A stretch of DNA of 64,000 nucleotides from Selaginella moellendorffii (Eukaryota > Plantae > Lycopodiophyta): positions 2,119,197 through 2,183,196 of the forward strand of contig NW_003314266.1 of assembly GCF_000143415.4 (NCBI RefSeq), in the 5' to 3' direction. Shown piece by piece: positions 25,400 through 37,769 of the stretch. Every line of letters begins with the position of its first letter. Within the stretch, counting starts at the first letter, position 1. The position numbers and the translations under genes are program-made. The notes beneath the pieces are model-generated. The model saw only the letters and a program-made list of their open reading frames with translations, did not search any database and had not been told where the DNA came from.

Positions 25400-26500
25400 C
25401 TACCTTGTTTATGTTAGACTATTATAAATTGATTGAACCAATTCATCCCAAAAATCACATCAAATCTCATTATATCCAAAATAGTGAAGTCCATATCCAT
25501 TTTTCAATGTCTTTACTTCAACTTTTGTTTGTCAAAGTACTTCATTAGTGCTTTGAATACCTTGAAATCCTCAATTCTCCCAATTATTACATTGTTAGTT
25601 TGACTTGCTAAACTATGTCTTATGACAATTGTAACAATGCTAGATACTTCTCAAAAAAATATCCCTACCTGAAGAAAGCCAAAATCAACATAGCTATTAA
25701 GTTAAGTGAAGTTCAAATAAAGGTATGTGATTTAGTCTTTAGCTTAAAACTACTCATTAAATAAGCAACTTTGGTAAAGAGTCATTTACAACATTTATTA
25801 GCCCTTCAAGAGAAGATTAAAGGTAGTTTTATTAAGGCTTTAGACAATTTTGTATTGTTCCATATATTATTAATGGGTTTAATCTTTTTATTAGTGGATT
25901 TGTCCTTTTTGGCATGATTCTTATGTGTGCTTACTTTTTGACTATTGAATTTGCCTTCTGAAATTTGAGGATTCATTCTTATGATAATTCTTCTTGAATT
26001 TCCCCTTTCTATATGTTCCTCTTGGTTTGGATCTTTTGCTAAATATGAATTTAATTCCCTTTTATAAGTTTTTATTGAAATATACTTTGATAACAATATC
26101 TAATATGTCCTTATAATTTGTCAGATTCCAATATATCATCTTGCCCCGAGCCCAAATTTGCAATCTTGAGATAAATGTATAGAATGCATTTATATCGTCA
26201 ATATCCATGACAAGGATCCTTTTGGTCATGAATCCATTCATATACTCTTGAATGCTTTTATTTGCCTTAGCTTACATAACTCATCCCTTAGATGTAAAGT
26301 AGTATTTGGGGGAATTTAAAATACTTTAATCTTCACCTTCATCACTTCCTAAGTAGCCATTAATTTTTCATTAACCTTTGTTAGTTTCCACCAAAACTTA
26401 GTATTATCTACTAAGTATATTTTTGCATATGGGACCTTTTATAAGTTTGATAATTGCAATATTTAGAAATAATCTTCCATATCATAGAACTAATCCTTCA
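25400..26500 (-). mobile_element. Highly decayed Ty3/gypsy gag-protease remnant
   Basis: Minus-strand translation gives gag-like LRDELCKLRQ..SIQEYMNGF (~26230-26300) and retropepsin C-terminal MDFTILDIMRFDVIFGMNWF (~25435-25495), with many stops. Confidence 0.6.
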
Positions 26501-27849
26501 CCCCTTTATAGTTATTAACTTTTAAGACTAGTGAGGCTTTGGTTTGTGTTTTGGAATTGCTTATGGGATAGATTCTATCTTGATTTGCTCAACTTATTCT
26601 AGTTTAGCCTTAGTACATGTCAAATGGTCTATACTTTTTACATTTTTAATATCTATAGTGTTTTGTTTTCTCTTCCATTTCTCATCATGTTTTTATTTAC
26701 ATATGAGGGTCTGTAATATGTGCCAATTATCCTTCCAGAGTGTCCAATTGAGCATTAGATGACCTCATCTCACCTCTAAATTCACATTTAGAAGTCTCTA
26801 TAAGCAACCAAAACATGATTTATAAAGGTTTAAATATAAAGGGAAAGGGTTTATAAATAAAAGTGCACCTCCTTTTCCAATTGGTTAAAGGTATTAAGAT
26901 ATTTAGGGTTAAATATCCTTAGGTTTGAATAATATTGGGCTAGGTGACTTCCTAAAAAGTTCAAATTCAGGAGTTTATAGTCTCCTTATTGGATTTTTTT
27001 TTATGTATATAGAGATTATTCATCCATTGCTTCTTATGTAACTAAAGGCTCTATCTCCATAGGCAATTCAATCTCCACCTTTATTCACTTATGTTATGCT
27101 TTAGCTATTTCCCATTTATCCACTTTTATCCTTCATTAGAACTAAGAAAAAGGCTTTGATTATAAACCACAAGATTTTCCTTTCCCAATTTGTCAATTTA
27201 CCTTACTTATTTGACTATTTTTTACATTGGCCGTAGTTAAGTTCTTTTGTCAAAGTCCACTCTTATTATACCAACTTTTACTTAGTCTTATTTGGCTTCA
27301 ACTACTCATTGCACGAGTAATAGGTGTTAATCATCTTTTCATAAATTCCTAAACTCTTTTTCCCAATCCCCCTTTCTTCCCAAAATAGATTAGATTAATG
27401 TTCAACTACATTCATTGCAAATACAAGTAGTTAAACACACCAAGCCTCCAAATTTTTATCATCCTTTAGTATGATAAAATTTATTCATGGGACCCTTAAA
27501 TTCTAAACCTTGAGTACATTTTATAGTTCAAGACTTCAGGAGGAAACATTATAACCTAATGACCCAATATAAGTATCTTACCCCACCTCTATCCCAAATG
27601 GAAAACTTAAGCCCCATAGGAAGGGGTGACGACAAATGAACCATATAGTACTCAAATAGGCACTATTTTACCTTATTCGGGAACACTACATTTACTTTTC
27701 CTTCAAAAAATGGGAGTTATTTTTGAGTATGTCCTTCAGGGACTTCCAAGGCTATTAACCCTCAATTTGAACCCTAATACAATTTGGAAATACTATTGGA
27801 GAATTCCTTTAAGACTTGGTCCTTAGCCTCATTTTCTTTATTATACTTT

Positions 27850-28650
27850 CTTTATTATACACTTGCACCCAAGAGATCGAGTGTTTTATACTTTCACCCT
27901 ATGACCTATATTAATATTTGGACTCATTTTCAAACTTAGTCTTGTCTAACCCAAATTTTTTATTATTTCAATTATGATTTTGGGATCATTTAGCCTATGA
28001 TATTTTAAAGAGTTTGTTCCTTACAACCATCAATCTTGCAGTTCATTATGAAAATGGGCTCTAAGAACAACTTGAATGACCATATTATGAATGGTAGTTC
28101 AATAAATAGCACAATATATTTCCTTTACACCACCTCATTCGGATGGCAATAATGTAGCATCCATGCAAATTAATGTTTTTAGTTGTCTACCACCTCACAT
28201 CTGTGAAATAATAATATTGCACCAACAACCATCTATATCTCTATTATGGTGATCTAGACCATAGTGTTGCTAATTGCCTAAAGATGTCCATGATAAATGC
28301 AGCCCCTAACCTATGCTATAGAGAAACAAAGACTAGCACATTTAAGGTTGTTTTATCTCTTTATTGTTCTTTAGGCTTGTATTGCATCTTTCCATTTTAT
28401 TGCCTTAGGGGATAGTGGAGCTAATGCAAATTTCATAATTGGGAGTTTGCTTTAGCTCCTAGCATAAAATTATGACCTCTTCCACATTATTATCATGCCA
28501 ATATTTGTTAATGGTCATCAACTTGCATCAGGGGCAATCATACATGATATAAAACTTATTGATGTTGATATTCTTTAAAATCATCACCATTTTGAAAGTA
28601 TATATCATATTGGTTTGATATTTATATGTCACAAGGGTATAGAGTTCCAT
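27850..28650 (+). mobile_element. Highly decayed Ty3/gypsy gag zinc-knuckle/protease remnant
   Basis: LYLYYGDLDHSVANCLK (eroded CCHC knuckle, ~28233-28284) followed by the protease active-site motif ALGDSGANANFI (~28402-28437). Confidence 0.55.
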
Positions 28651-31600
28651 TGGTGCTTCATTATATAAACTCACGAGATTATTAAATATTAATTCATTTT
28701 CCCAATTTTAGTTTGTTTAAAAGCTCCTTGCCCAATAGAAGGGACCATATCATGTATTTTGGTAAGTTAGACTTCAAATTTATAAAGTTTGGCACAATAT
28801 TCAATAAATTAATCTTTCAAAAATTATATATGTGCAACAGGTGAATTACACTTAGTTGCACTGCCTATAAATCCACTAATGCCTCTTCTTAATGTTCTTT
28901 TAGATCCTAACCCATTAACAAAAACACTTTAATTGCCTTTTATCCTTCTAAGAGGAAGTTTAAATGTATAGTTACAATATTGTATATTATTATTAGTGTA
29001 GTGGGATTTTGATTGGATCAAATTAATTTTAATTTAGACCACTCACTCTTCTATATAAGATAAGGCTATATATATTACTATATTTTATACATTTATATAA
29101 TCAATTATTATTAAATATTACCAAAATAATATTATTCTAGTATTTAAAATTAATTTAAGGTAATTTATAATTATTATTTTATTTTCTAATTTCAGACTTT
29201 TTAGACTATCTTATGTGACAGCTAAATTGGAGTTTTAACAATCAAATAATCCCATTTTAGTATCCAGAAATACAAGCTTATTAAATACATGAATGTGATA
29301 CTTAACCATCTTATGAATAACTACCATTTAATATTTTAAATACTATTTTAAATAATTTAACTTATCTGAATTTAGTGGATAAATATAAATAATTAGCAAT
29401 ATTAGTAAGTATTTATTATTTTTTGTGTTTACTATTTTACTAAAATTATTTCAAAAGAATCTTGAGTCTTAACAAAAATAAGAATCTTCAGAAAAGTTTA
29501 ATACAACCAACTAGCTAAGACATTATGAAATAATAAATTGTTTTGGAGTATAATTTTTCTTGTAAAAAATAGCTTTAGTAACAAACTATATCACTAATCA
29601 GACCTAACAACCTTTATAGACCAATTCGAGCCCTTAGAATAGTTTTCTCATACTTATTCATATTTGGTTATAAATATTTTGCATCATAGGTATTTTAAAA
29701 ATAACAAGAAAAAATTTGAAATTTCTGGCTACAAATAATCTAGAAATAAGTATAACTTCATTCCTCTTAAACTAAACACAAATTTTGTGTAATAATATAT
29801 TAAATATTAGTTTTTAAACTTTATTTATATTTCTTCCAAAATTATATATTGAGTATTCACCCAACATTTCCTTGGCATTACTAATCTATCTATAATACTA
29901 AAAATTTCTTTTTATGCTAACAGTATTATTCGTCCTCAAACTATGGTTCTGTGAAAAACTTTAATGGATGTTTTTAGCGGGCCAATGAGCTTCGGGCACG
30001 TGTCCAAGGCTGGCGCCGTCTCGGACGCTGACGTCATACCCATCTACGGCGGCGGCGCCAGCGTGGAGCGATCCTGCCCGTCCGCAGAACTGGCAATGGA
30101 ACTTGCCAAAGCCTTCCAAAATCGTTGCCCGGCTCATTTTCTTCCACTCTAGGTTCTATCATCGATGAGAGTGTGGGAATGTGGCCAGTCTCGGGACGTC
30201 GACGCACGAGCTTTTCCGTGAGGTAAGCCCAATTCGAGCTAGAGAGCCAGCCGAGGGTTCCAAGCATGGTCCGGGTGGAAGACTTTGAGCTCCTGGTTTT
30301 GGTGTTCTTCCTCCGTGGATGTGAGGGAGCTGACTGTTTGCTATTTGCTGGATGCAGGGATGGAGGAGGTCCCGCCTTGCCAAAGCATTTGTCTTCCTTA
30401 TGGTGCGTATTCTAAACAAGCAAGGTGCCATTGAATTTAAAATATAGCATTGACTGTCTCTTAACAGAGCCTTGCTGGTAATCTCTTCCACAGCTGCTAT
30501 TGCATTTCCAGCAGCTCAAATGATGTTCTTAGACCTGGAATGAAAGTTCGTGACAGGAATTCACTTCATTTCTGATTCGCTCCAGCTTAATCAATGTTTG
30601 CTTGACCCATCCATCTTCAGCTTTAGGAAGTAAAAATAGACTTTTTTTCCTCTTCCAGGTGTGGGTTTTAAGCCAGGGTTCCCTGATGGGTGGAGCTTAG
30701 GAATTGAGAGGAAAAGAGTTCAACCATGAACTCTTTCACATAATGGAATATTTCTTGATGAAATGTGGAACTTTCAGGTTTGACTTGAAGCACAACTTCT
30801 GGCATGAAACTACAATTTCTTTGCATAAATCTGATTGATCACCCACCGACGTTCTGGAATGGAATCCTCTCTCTCTTAGAGCAAAAATAAAAGGCAAGAC
30901 AGAAAAAAAAGAAAGAGCATTCAGTATACACATTATTAGGTAGTGCACTCCAAAAAGGTTGGACTTGTACAGCCCAGGCACATTGTTAACATGGATATTC
31001 GTTGTCAATCGCCTCAAGCCACAGTTGTGGCTGTGACACAAATAATGCGAGAAAAGAGATGGATAAATGGGCCACTCCAAAATCTCGCTTTCGAGATCCG
31101 AAGTTTCCTGCTGGAGGTTAAAGCTGCATATGTGTCAATCCAGGAGAGCTACACACACGCACAATCCATAGGCCCCGCCCTCGTGATCTTTCTTCGTTCC
31201 CCACCTCCCTCATAATGCAAAAACTAATCTTAAAAATGGGTAGACTACCGCTCTCCCATGTAATTTCCTCGCATTAGCAGCATTTGCCGGATCACGGCAT
31301 TTGCACTTAAAAGTCGAGATCGCCAACTTTTGACATCATTTGATTCGTTTCACGTGTTGTGATTTGAATTGGCCACGCTCTTGCAGTTTGCACTCGATCG
31401 ATCTTAGCCAGCAGCAGCAGCAACAGTGCCTGAGCGGATCGAAGCCAAGATTCCTTGAAACTGGAGGTTGGGCGAGGATAACTCTTGGAACTTTGCTTCT
31501 TTGTGGCCTCATCAACAACCACATGTGTACATTGCATGGGGGAAAGGGAATCATCCCTAATCATCTCGCTTCTGCCACCCTTTTGCAATCATGCAACAAG

Positions 31601-33032
31601 CGAGCAGTGAGTGGAAAAGGATTTGTGGAGAAAAGCTATGGTGGCCAATGGATAGGCCAAAGTTGCGACGAGTAGTGTTCCTCGTGGTGGGGTGTTTCTG
31701 TTATTGAGTGGAATGTTAGCAAAGGGAAAATGTGGCAAGCTTGAGAGCACTGGACACGCCGCCAAAAGGGGTGAGAAAAATAAAAAGGAAGAACCACTCC
31801 TCATAGATATCAGGAATGTCAACACATTATAAGGTGAGGGGCCGAAATGCGAAATTGGCGTTGGAATCTTATACGATCATCCATGATTGACTTCGATCAC
31901 AGCCATAACTAAAGAGAAAAAGAGTGAGCAATCCATCTCTCAAGTATAGCAAATTGGTAGACATGGGATTGGGCGATTGGATCTCATCTTTGTCGATCTG
32001 CCAAACTTCTGGGGCTCGAAAACGGAAGCTTCATGAGAGGTTCATGGAATGGATCTTATTTTTTCTTTCTTTTTCTCCTTAGCTGGTGTGCACTTTGATT
32101 CATGGCAAAGAAACACATAAACACGCAAATTGCCAACTGCGATGATAACCTGCTGGGCGCCACCTCTCTTTAGCTTTTTGGGAGGAGTTTTCTGGACCTT
32201 GGAAGAGAGAGAGTTTCGTTCTGGGCTTTGATATAACTAAGAGCTTTTCTTCAAGCGAGATCGAGTGAGAGTGCTCCCCAGGTTAATGGACAAGCACTTT
32301 TCCAAAGTCAAAAGTTAAGCAGTCCTCGTTGTTAAGTAGGGAAGCCAGAGATGGTTTCTGCTTTCTTTGCCCCAACAAAGCAGGAATCAAAGATCAAATT
32401 TTGCTTCATTAAAGTATAAAGACTTGGAGCTGCAATACAGCCCAAAATTGACCGCCATTCTTTGAATCAATTATTCAGTCGATTGATCCATGGATCCATG
32501 ACTTATTCCTGGTTCCGTTGCTTGAAAGACTTCATGCTAGATACCAGAGTTTACAAAGCTAAAATTCCAGCCCGTCCCCAATCATACCTTGTACTTAACG
32601 TAGATTATTCCCAGTCAATTCCTCAAAGAGATTTGGAGCATTGATCTCGCTAAGAAGCAGATTATATTCCCCGATTATTAAGAGCCGCGGTACGCGTTGA
32701 TTATGACTGGCACGGTGAATCCAGCGTGGTGGCGGCGGCGCCCAATCTCCACCGCAGGCACCAACTATCCAACGGCCCGCCGCCACACACGTGTCAGGCT
32801 GGGCGTGATCAGTCATGCGCCGCCGTGGAATATTTTCACGGCCGTCAACCGTCAAATGGCGGATGAAAGTTTTACTATAAAAGCGACCGGTCAGTCAGTA
32901 ACAAGGTAAAAAAGTAAAGAGTCTAGAAGAGGTACCCAGTTTGGGCATATGCTTTTAAACTCTGTGGTGTGAGTGAGCTTTAGTAGCGCTCTTCTCCTTT
33001 GCCCCTACCAGTGTGTTCTTAGCGAGCGAGCC

Positions 33033-34921
33033 ATGGATTCCAAGGCCGATCGCCAGGATTTGCTCTTCTACCTCCTGCCGCTGATCCATTCCAATGCGCC
33101 GAGTTTCCTGCCGCTGCTGCTCGCGCTGGGCGCGGTCCTTGCCGCGGCGGTGGCGATCTTCCGCTGGACTAGCCGTGGGGGATGCGCGTGGGCGGATCGA
33201 TCCAGCACCATCCCGGGGCCACGCGGTCTGCCAGTCCTTGGATCGCTGCTGGAGATGGGCGATCTCGCGCACCACCGCCTGAGGAGCCTCTCGATCGCGC
33301 ACGGCGCGCGCAAGCTCATGGCGCTCAGCCTCGGCTCCACGCGCGTGGTCATCACTAGCGCTCCCGAAGTGGCGCGGGAGATCCTCACCAGCGCTGCCTT
33401 CGCGGATCGTCCTCTCAAGCAATCGGCAGCGGAGCTCCTGTTTGGCCGCGCTATCGGCTTCGCCCCCTACGGCGATTACTGGCGTGGCCTCCGCCGGATC
33501 GCCGCCAATCACCTCTTCTCTCCGCGGAGGATCGCCGCCCACGAGCCGCAGCGCCAGCGCCACACCGAGGTGATGATCGATGCCATCGCCAGCGCCGCCG
33601 GCAAGGATCATGGCAAGAGCGTCGGGATTCGTGGATTCCTCCAGCGTGCCTCCTTGGCCAATGTGATGCAGGGTGTGTTTGGGCGGTGCTACAGCGGCGC
33701 CGAGGAGGCGGAGCTCCAGGCGATGGTGCGAGAGGGATTCGAGCTCCTGGGAGCTTTCAACTGGTCGGATCATCTTCCCCTGCTCCGGGCGATCAATGTG
33801 GACCCCCACTCGATCCAGGAGCGCTGTTCCAAGCTCGTCCCTCGCGTCCAGAAGTTCGTCCAGGCGATCATCGACGAGCACCGCCAGGCGCGCAGCGGCG
33901 GCGATGATCGGGAGAGCTCCGATTTCGTGGACGTGCTGCTGAATTTGAGCGGCGAGGAGAAGCTACAGGACCAGGATATGATCGCTGTGCTCTGGGTAAG
34001 CAAAGCTTGCACGATTCTTTCCACCATAGCTTTGTTTCTTCCTGATCGATTGATTGCTCTCTGTTCTTGGCTAGAAAAGAGGAAAAGCTCTTCCTTTGAT
34101 CCGAGTCATATCTTTTCTTTTCCAAGCTTTCTTCTTTCCTCTTCTACTTTCTTTCGTGATCCAAGTTCCTTGCTAGTCTCAATCGATCACTCACTCTTTC
34201 TTTCTCCCAAAGTTTCGATCGAATGCTTTTTCAGAGTTCTTCTCTTTGATCGATCCAATTCTTACAAAAATCTTCTTTTTCCTTCTTTCAGGAGATGATC
34301 TTCCGCGGCACTGACACCACTGCAATCCTCACGGAATGGATGCTCGCGGAGCTGGTCCTCCATCCAGAAATCCAGCGCCGCCTCTACCACGAGATCGAGG
34401 AGCTCCAGTCCAAGAAATCGCCACCATCGCCACTCTCCGATCAGGATGTCGCAAGAATGCCGCTACTCCAGGCCGTGGTCAAGGAAACTCTCCGCCTCCA
34501 TCCACCCGGTCCCCTCCTCTCGTGGGCTCGCCTCTCCACCCAGGACGTTACCATCGCCGGCCACCACGTACCGCGCGGTACCACCGCCATGGTTAACATG
34601 TGGTCGATCACGCACGACCCGGCCGTGTGGAGCGAGCCCGAGCTGTTCGTCCCGGACAGGTTCCTCGGTGTGGAGTTTGATGTCAAGGGGACCGACCTGA
34701 GGCTGGCACCGTTTGGAGCTGGACGAAGGGTGTGCCCCGGCCGAGCTCTCGGGCTCGCTACTGTGGGTCTTTGGCTCGCCAAGCTCGTCGAAAGGTTTGA
34801 GTTTGTGGAGGACAAGGAGCGTCCCGTGGATCTCAGCGAAGTCCTCAAGCTTTCGTGCGAGATGGTGAATCCGCTGAGTGTTGGTGCTGTGGAGAGGTGC
34901 CCGATCGCTGCCAGCTCGTGA
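33033..34921 (+). CDS. Cytochrome P450, CYP78 family (KLUH/CYP78A-like), two exons
   Basis: [73 protein letters not shown], and heme motif [11 protein letters not shown]. Confidence 0.93.
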
Positions 34922-36341
34922 CAAGTTCTCAAGTATCATCGTCGTCTTGGGTGGTTTCAGCAGGGAAGATCAAACAAGGATGAGAAAAGTGAAGAGATCA
35001 GCAGCACCACCAACCTGAGCATTTGTAAAAATGCATCGTCATCCTCTCTTCAGTCTTGCGAGAGCTTTGGTTCTTTCGTTTTCTTGCACTTAGTTCCTTT
35101 CGTTCTTAGAGATTTTGCTGACTTTCGGGCTCGAGATCTCTGGATTGGAAGTGTCTCCAGAGATCGAAAAGTCCCCTTTTTTTGTACTTGGGGTCTTTCT
35201 TCTGTATAAAACTTGCATCTTCTAGAGAACTGTTTCTTTGGTTGCTTCTGCTGATTCGTGCGTTTTGTCGTCAACCTGTCCGAAAGTGGCTTTTGGATGC
35301 TACTGTTAAGCTTGAAGAAATTTTCTGCGAGCTCGCTCTCGATCGAAACAACAAAAAAAAAACACTTTTTGGTTCTTTTTTTCTTTTTTTTTGCTGTTTG
35401 TTGCTCGTACAATACAAATAGTCGATCTGATCGATCGAGAGCGAGAGCTTCCCTTTATTTTTTCTCGCTCTGGAATCAAGCAAGCCCAAAAGAATGATTG
35501 ATTGAACAAGCAAAACCGACTAACTGCCGGATCCACAATCGAGACAAATCGAGGAAAGATTGCTGTGTCTTTGATTTTCATTGCTCGCCACTCACCGGGA
35601 AAGAGATTTTGGCGGAAAGGCAGTGTTCTCTCGCGAAAATATCTACATGTGCTATGTAATGGAAGTGCAAGAGCTTTCATTCATGCTTGATCGATAATTG
35701 CGATGCGTGGTCTCCCCATTTTGAAAAACCATACATAAGTATCATGATCTTTGATGTATAGACCTTCATGTGCTTGATATATCTCGCGATCGTGCTAAAA
35801 CTTTGGCACCTGTGTTGTAGTCAACCGTTTACTTTGAGTCCACTCTGCGCTGACTTTTCAGAATTTGTGTCGACCAACATGTGCCGGAAGATGCTTTGGA
35901 AAATTTGATCAAGAAACGGTGAGATCTGGTAACATGCCATGATAAGAGCTAGCGATCCAGACATTTTGTCATTAAGGTTTTGTTCATGAGATTCATACGC
36001 TATCGTCCGAGTGAATGGTTGGCGTGATTCGAATCTTTGATTTGTGAGTTTCGTGTTCCTGTCCAAGTCGAAGGTATGTTGCGACAAGCCGTCCACATTC
36101 ACCTTGAAACATGCGAACCAAATGGAATATGGAATGAGCGTTAGAATAATCGAGTCTTTGTGAACCATATAAGCCAACCAAACATCATGTGATTCGAGAG
36201 AACGAGCAAGTTCAATTCTTCGCAACTCCACAAGCGGAGGGTGATATTGTTTTGTAAGTTCTTGGCACACGACGGGAGGAAGATCCTCATGTGGAGTGTT
36301 CCTGGATTGACTGACTGACTCCCAAGTTCATAGGAATAATC

Positions 36342-37261
36342 TTAGTTTTGGCGGCATAATCTTCGAAGCGTGACCGAGATCCTGCTTTCTTGCGGCACTG
36401 GAACTCCATCCCAGATTTGCTGCGCGGGGTTTGTGTTGATTTCGTGCGTCCAGCCGTATCTGGCCTCTCCAGACATGACGAGCAAATCACCCGGACGAAG
36501 CAGCACTCCCACTTTTCTGGAGCCATCCTCGCAGCTTTTAAAAGTCATAACTCTGGAGGATACCAGCGACAAGATCACGATTCCATCCTCGAAACGCAAG
36601 AGATCAACGTGAGCACCTATTCCCTTTCGAAAGCAAACAACCACCAAAAGTCGGTTCATTTTTTCTCACGAACAAAGATTTTAGAAATGTATATATATAC
36701 ACTGACCTCCAAAGGCTTGTAAGAATTCACGATCATTTGATCGAACAATGGCTCTCTGGATATAACTTCTCGAGCCAAGATCTTGGACCTTTTGGAGAGC
36801 TGCTCTTCGAGCACACAGCTATGTACGAGAGCTGATAGATTCAACGCCCACAAAGGCAAGCCTCCAAATCTCATTGCCTGGAAGGTTAGAAAGGTTAGCA
36901 AATCAACACACAAAAACAAAGCGAAGAAAAACCACCTGATTTTCGTTTGGGTTTGTAAACCATGACTCTACTACAACATCAAAATCTAAACAGAAAAACC
37001 CAATCGAAGACAGTAGATTTACCAGCCTCAATGTCGTCTATAAGCTCCTGTTGTTCGTGATTGGAAAGAAAATCTCGACATATCCAAAGACCCTCGACCT
37101 CCTCTACATGCTCCCATTGTCTACAAACATCGATCAAAAAAACATAGAAAAATCAAATCGCAAACTTGCCTCTCGGAGAAGATCCCATCCTCGCCACTAT
37201 CATCTTCGGAATCCCCAAACACGGCACACAAGAGATTCCTCACCGCCGCCTCGTCCTCCAT
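36342..37261 (-). CDS. AlkB-family 2OG-Fe(II) dioxygenase, multi-exon
   Basis: QAMRFGGLPLWA, REPLFDQMIVNSYKP-GIGAHVDLLRFEDGIVILSL (HxD), GDLLVMSGEARYGWTHEI, RISVTLR. Confidence 0.85.
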
Positions 37262-37769
37262 AGGAAAACCCAAAGTGACGTGTCAACACACGTAGCCTCC
37301 ACGTCAAGTGAGCATGACACGTCACAGGCCAGGCTAGAGTGAAAATCCGAGACTGCCTAGATTACCTCTCAAGAAAAACCCCTTTTGGCTTTAAATGCGC
37401 ACTCTCTCTCGATCGAGCCGAGGATAGATAGACTTTCAAGGATTTTTCAAGGCGGTGGGAGCTCATAGCCTGGAACGAAGCACGGTTGTGCTTGGTTTCT
37501 CGAGCCATCCATAAAATCGCGCTTCGTTTCATGCTATGCGCGTCCATGATGCCTTGGTTGGAGTCGCGTTGTTTCAGCTGGCGCCTGGATTGATCCATAA
37601 AGAACTCCTGGTCTTGTTTAATGGAATGTAGCTTTTCCTTGGTGAATAGTGGTTCTCTCGTTTAACTCCGATGCTGCTCAGAGAATAAACGGAGCTCTTG
37701 TAACGAGAAGAAAAGAAAAGAAAAGAAAGAGATGGTAGCTCACCTCTGATTCCGATATGATCTTTCAGC

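Noticed and set aside
30519-30578. Possible C/D-box snoRNA (ATGATG...CTGA)
   Set aside because: The C box is imperfect, the terminal stem is minimal, and I could not identify a convincing rRNA-complementary guide.
31438-31502. Possible miRNA hairpin (gaagccaagattcc / ggaactttgcttc, loosely miR169-like)
   Set aside because: The stem is too short and mismatched, and it does not match a conserved mature miRNA.
35821-36270. 149-aa minus-strand ORF downstream of the AlkB gene
   Set aside because: It has a non-ATG start and no recognisable motif or codon bias, so it cannot be supported.
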